Positions 57,399-58,754 of a DNA stretch of 58,754 bases are shown here, one piece after another. The position numbers and the translations under genes are program-made. Position 1 is the first letter of the stretch. Each line of letters opens with the position of its first letter. Source of the DNA: Bacteroidota bacterium (lineage in GTDB: Bacteria > Bacteroidota > Bacteroidia > Flavobacteriales_F > PHOS-HE28); contig JAEZCB010000015.1 in the NCBI GenBank assembly GCA_023412755.1, positions 1 to 58,754 of the forward strand, given 5' to 3'. A model generated the notes under the pieces. That model was not told where the DNA came from. It worked only from the letters and a program-made list of their open reading frames with translations, and made no database searches.

Positions 57399-57988
57399 GC
57401 CGCCTTTCAAACTATCAGCAGAAGCGGGATCTATCCCGCACTCCGGAACCGCCCGCGCGCCCGCATCGCCAGCAAAAGGGCCATACCATTTTCGTGATAC
57501 AGAGGCATAAGGCCACGCGGCTCCATTATGATCTCCGGCTGGAGATGGAAGGCGTGCTGAAGAGTTGGGCCGTTCCAAAAGGCCCATCATTGGATCCGAA
57601 ACATCGCAGGTTGGCCATCAGGGTGGAGGATCATCCGTATGACTACAAGGATTTCGAAGGCGTGATCCCTCCTGGTAATTATGGGGCCGGCATAGTAGAG
57701 TTATGGGATAAGGGCACGTATGAACCTGTGGATGCCGAAGGGAATGTCATAACCGCTAACAAAGCGTTGAAGGATCTTGAGAAGGGCTCCCTGAAATTCC
57801 GGCTCAATGGTTCCAAGTTGAAAGGTGGCTTCGCGCTGGTCCACATGTCTGGCAGTGATGATGAGAATGCCTGGTTGTTGATCAAACACCGGGATGAAGC
57901 AGCCGTTCCCGGTTATGACAGCGAGGAGCATGTTCCGGCGGATTCTCCCATAAACAAGGAGCGGGCGAAGAAGAAGCGGCGCCCTTAA
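57395..57988 (+). CDS. Stand-alone LigD 3'-phosphoesterase (PE) domain protein
   Basis: FVIQRHKATRLHYDLRLEMEGVLKSWAVPKGPSLDP...VEDHPYDYKDFEGVIPPGNYGAGIVELWDKGTY. It overlaps ku by 4 nt (ATGA). There is no ligase or polymerase domain in the ORF. Confidence 0.9.
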   Translation: MSRLSNYQQKRDLSRTPEPPARPHRQQKGHTIFVIQRHKATRLHYDLRLEMEGVLKSWAVPKGPSLDPKHRRLAIRVEDHPYDYKDFEGVIPPGNYGAGIVELWDKGTYEPVDAEGNVITANKALKDLEKGSLKFRLNGSKLKGGFALVHMSGSDDENAWLLIKHRDEAAVPGYDSEEHVPADSPINKERAKKKRRP

Positions 57989-58264
57989 GCGCCGCTGGCG
58001 AGGGTCTTCCGTTCATCTATTGCTGCGAACAATGGTACGCTATACACGAGCGTGTGGAATGGGCGTGGCGTTCCATTCTCAGCACTCGGCTGCGGATCAT
58101 TTACGGTAGTGTATAGGCTTGTGCGCATCCTTTCTTGTGATCCTCCCGGCCAGTAGGGCATGGACCGGTCCCGGTGCAATTGGATCTGGATCCAGCGGAT
58201 CCCGGTGGCATGGATCATGTACCCCGCAGCAACGATCGCCATCGATCCTTAAAAGACCAAGAGA

Positions 58265-58732
58265 ATGGATAATAATGCTACCAGATCAGCGCTGAAGGAC
58301 ATCGCTGAACTATTGATCGACAGCAGGAAAGGTTATCAGGAAGCGGCTGAAAGAGTGGAAGCTCCGCATCTGAAGCAGCTGCTGACAAAGTTGAGTTCTG
58401 AACGCTCACCGCTGGTCAACGAGATCGAGTCCCAGTTGCGGATGTTCGGTGAGGATGCGATGCCCAAGGATGGCACCATGAAGGGTGATCTGCACCGGGC
58501 CTGGATCGATATCCGGGATTCACTCACCGGCAGCTCCAACGCCAATGTGCTGAATGAATGTGAACGCGGTGAAAAATATCTGCTGGAGCGTTATGATGAG
58601 TACATCAATGACCAGGATGTCTCAGCGAATGTGAAGAGCATGCTGAACCAGCAGCGCTCAAAAGTGCAGAGCAATATCAACGAAGTGCAGGCCTTGCACG
58701 CAACGCATGAGGCCAGCGAAAAGAACAAGTGA
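58265..58732 (+). CDS. PA2169-family (DUF2383) four-helix-bundle ferritin-like protein
   Basis: LKDIAELLIDSRKGYQEAAERVEAPHLKQLLTKLSSERSPLVNEIESQLRMFGE and a second half with NECERGEKYLLERYDEY fit that family. Confidence 0.65.
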   Translation: MDNNATRSALKDIAELLIDSRKGYQEAAERVEAPHLKQLLTKLSSERSPLVNEIESQLRMFGEDAMPKDGTMKGDLHRAWIDIRDSLTGSSNANVLNECERGEKYLLERYDEYINDQDVSANVKSMLNQQRSKVQSNINEVQALHATHEASEKNK

Positions 58733-58754
58733 ATGAACTGACCCGGTCCCGGAA

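Noticed and set aside
58181-58225. Cluster of four GGATC repeats upstream of the PA2169-like gene as a possible operator
   Set aside because: GATC and GGATC are abundant everywhere in this window, so local clustering is not distinguishable from background without statistics.
57985-58242. 85-aa minus ORF between the LigD-PE and PA2169-like genes, and the hairpin agcggcgc/gcgccgct at 57975-57996
   Set aside because: The ORF has no start context or motif. The hairpin overlaps the PE stop codon but has no U-tract, so it is too weak to call a terminator.

Overview
The window looks like a chromosomal segment from a Bacteroidota genome. The evidence is two proteins with T9SS Por-type C-terminal sorting tails, TAnnTTTG -7 promoter boxes upstream of core genes, and the panC / short glycogen-synthase-like / DUF4270-like / glmS gene order. 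Bases 1-31.3 kb are mostly housekeeping. They carry glyQS (cut by the window edge and absent from the ORF track), comF, radA, rfaE2, panD, panC, glmS, sod, ctp, dCMP deaminase, tRNA-Leu(CAA) and a bacilliredoxin. This part also holds an IS3-like transposase remnant, a 1177-aa putative outer-membrane barrel, an orphan family-5 solute-binding lipoprotein, and a 1909-aa T9SS-secreted surface protein with 12-13 tandem 79-aa Cys-containing Ig-like repeats. Two of those repeats are nearly identical at the DNA level. Bases 31.3-58.7 kb are different. I saw no mobility genes there, and the segment is packed with stress or dormancy-type functions. These include a fused trehalose-6-P synthase/phosphatase, Ku plus a stand-alone LigD phosphoesterase, a DnaE2-type polymerase without imuA/imuB, two ferritin-like four-helix proteins, YtxH, DUF748, several redox enzymes, two LTXXQ-type periplasmic proteins, a T9SS-tailed cupredoxin and an orphan RES-domain protein. 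They are interleaved with at least nine small low-complexity hydrophilic ORFs, two of them Thr-Gly rich and one with a collagen-like G-X-T run. I regard this organised stress cluster, its disordered-protein genes and an uncharacterised five-gene small-protein operon (47.3-49.3 kb) as the best candidates for undescribed biology. I found no CRISPR array, rRNA, intact mobile element or recognisable multi-gene defence system. GATC is visibly over-represented throughout the window. All calls rest on reading the ORF translations and the DNA by eye; no searches were run.
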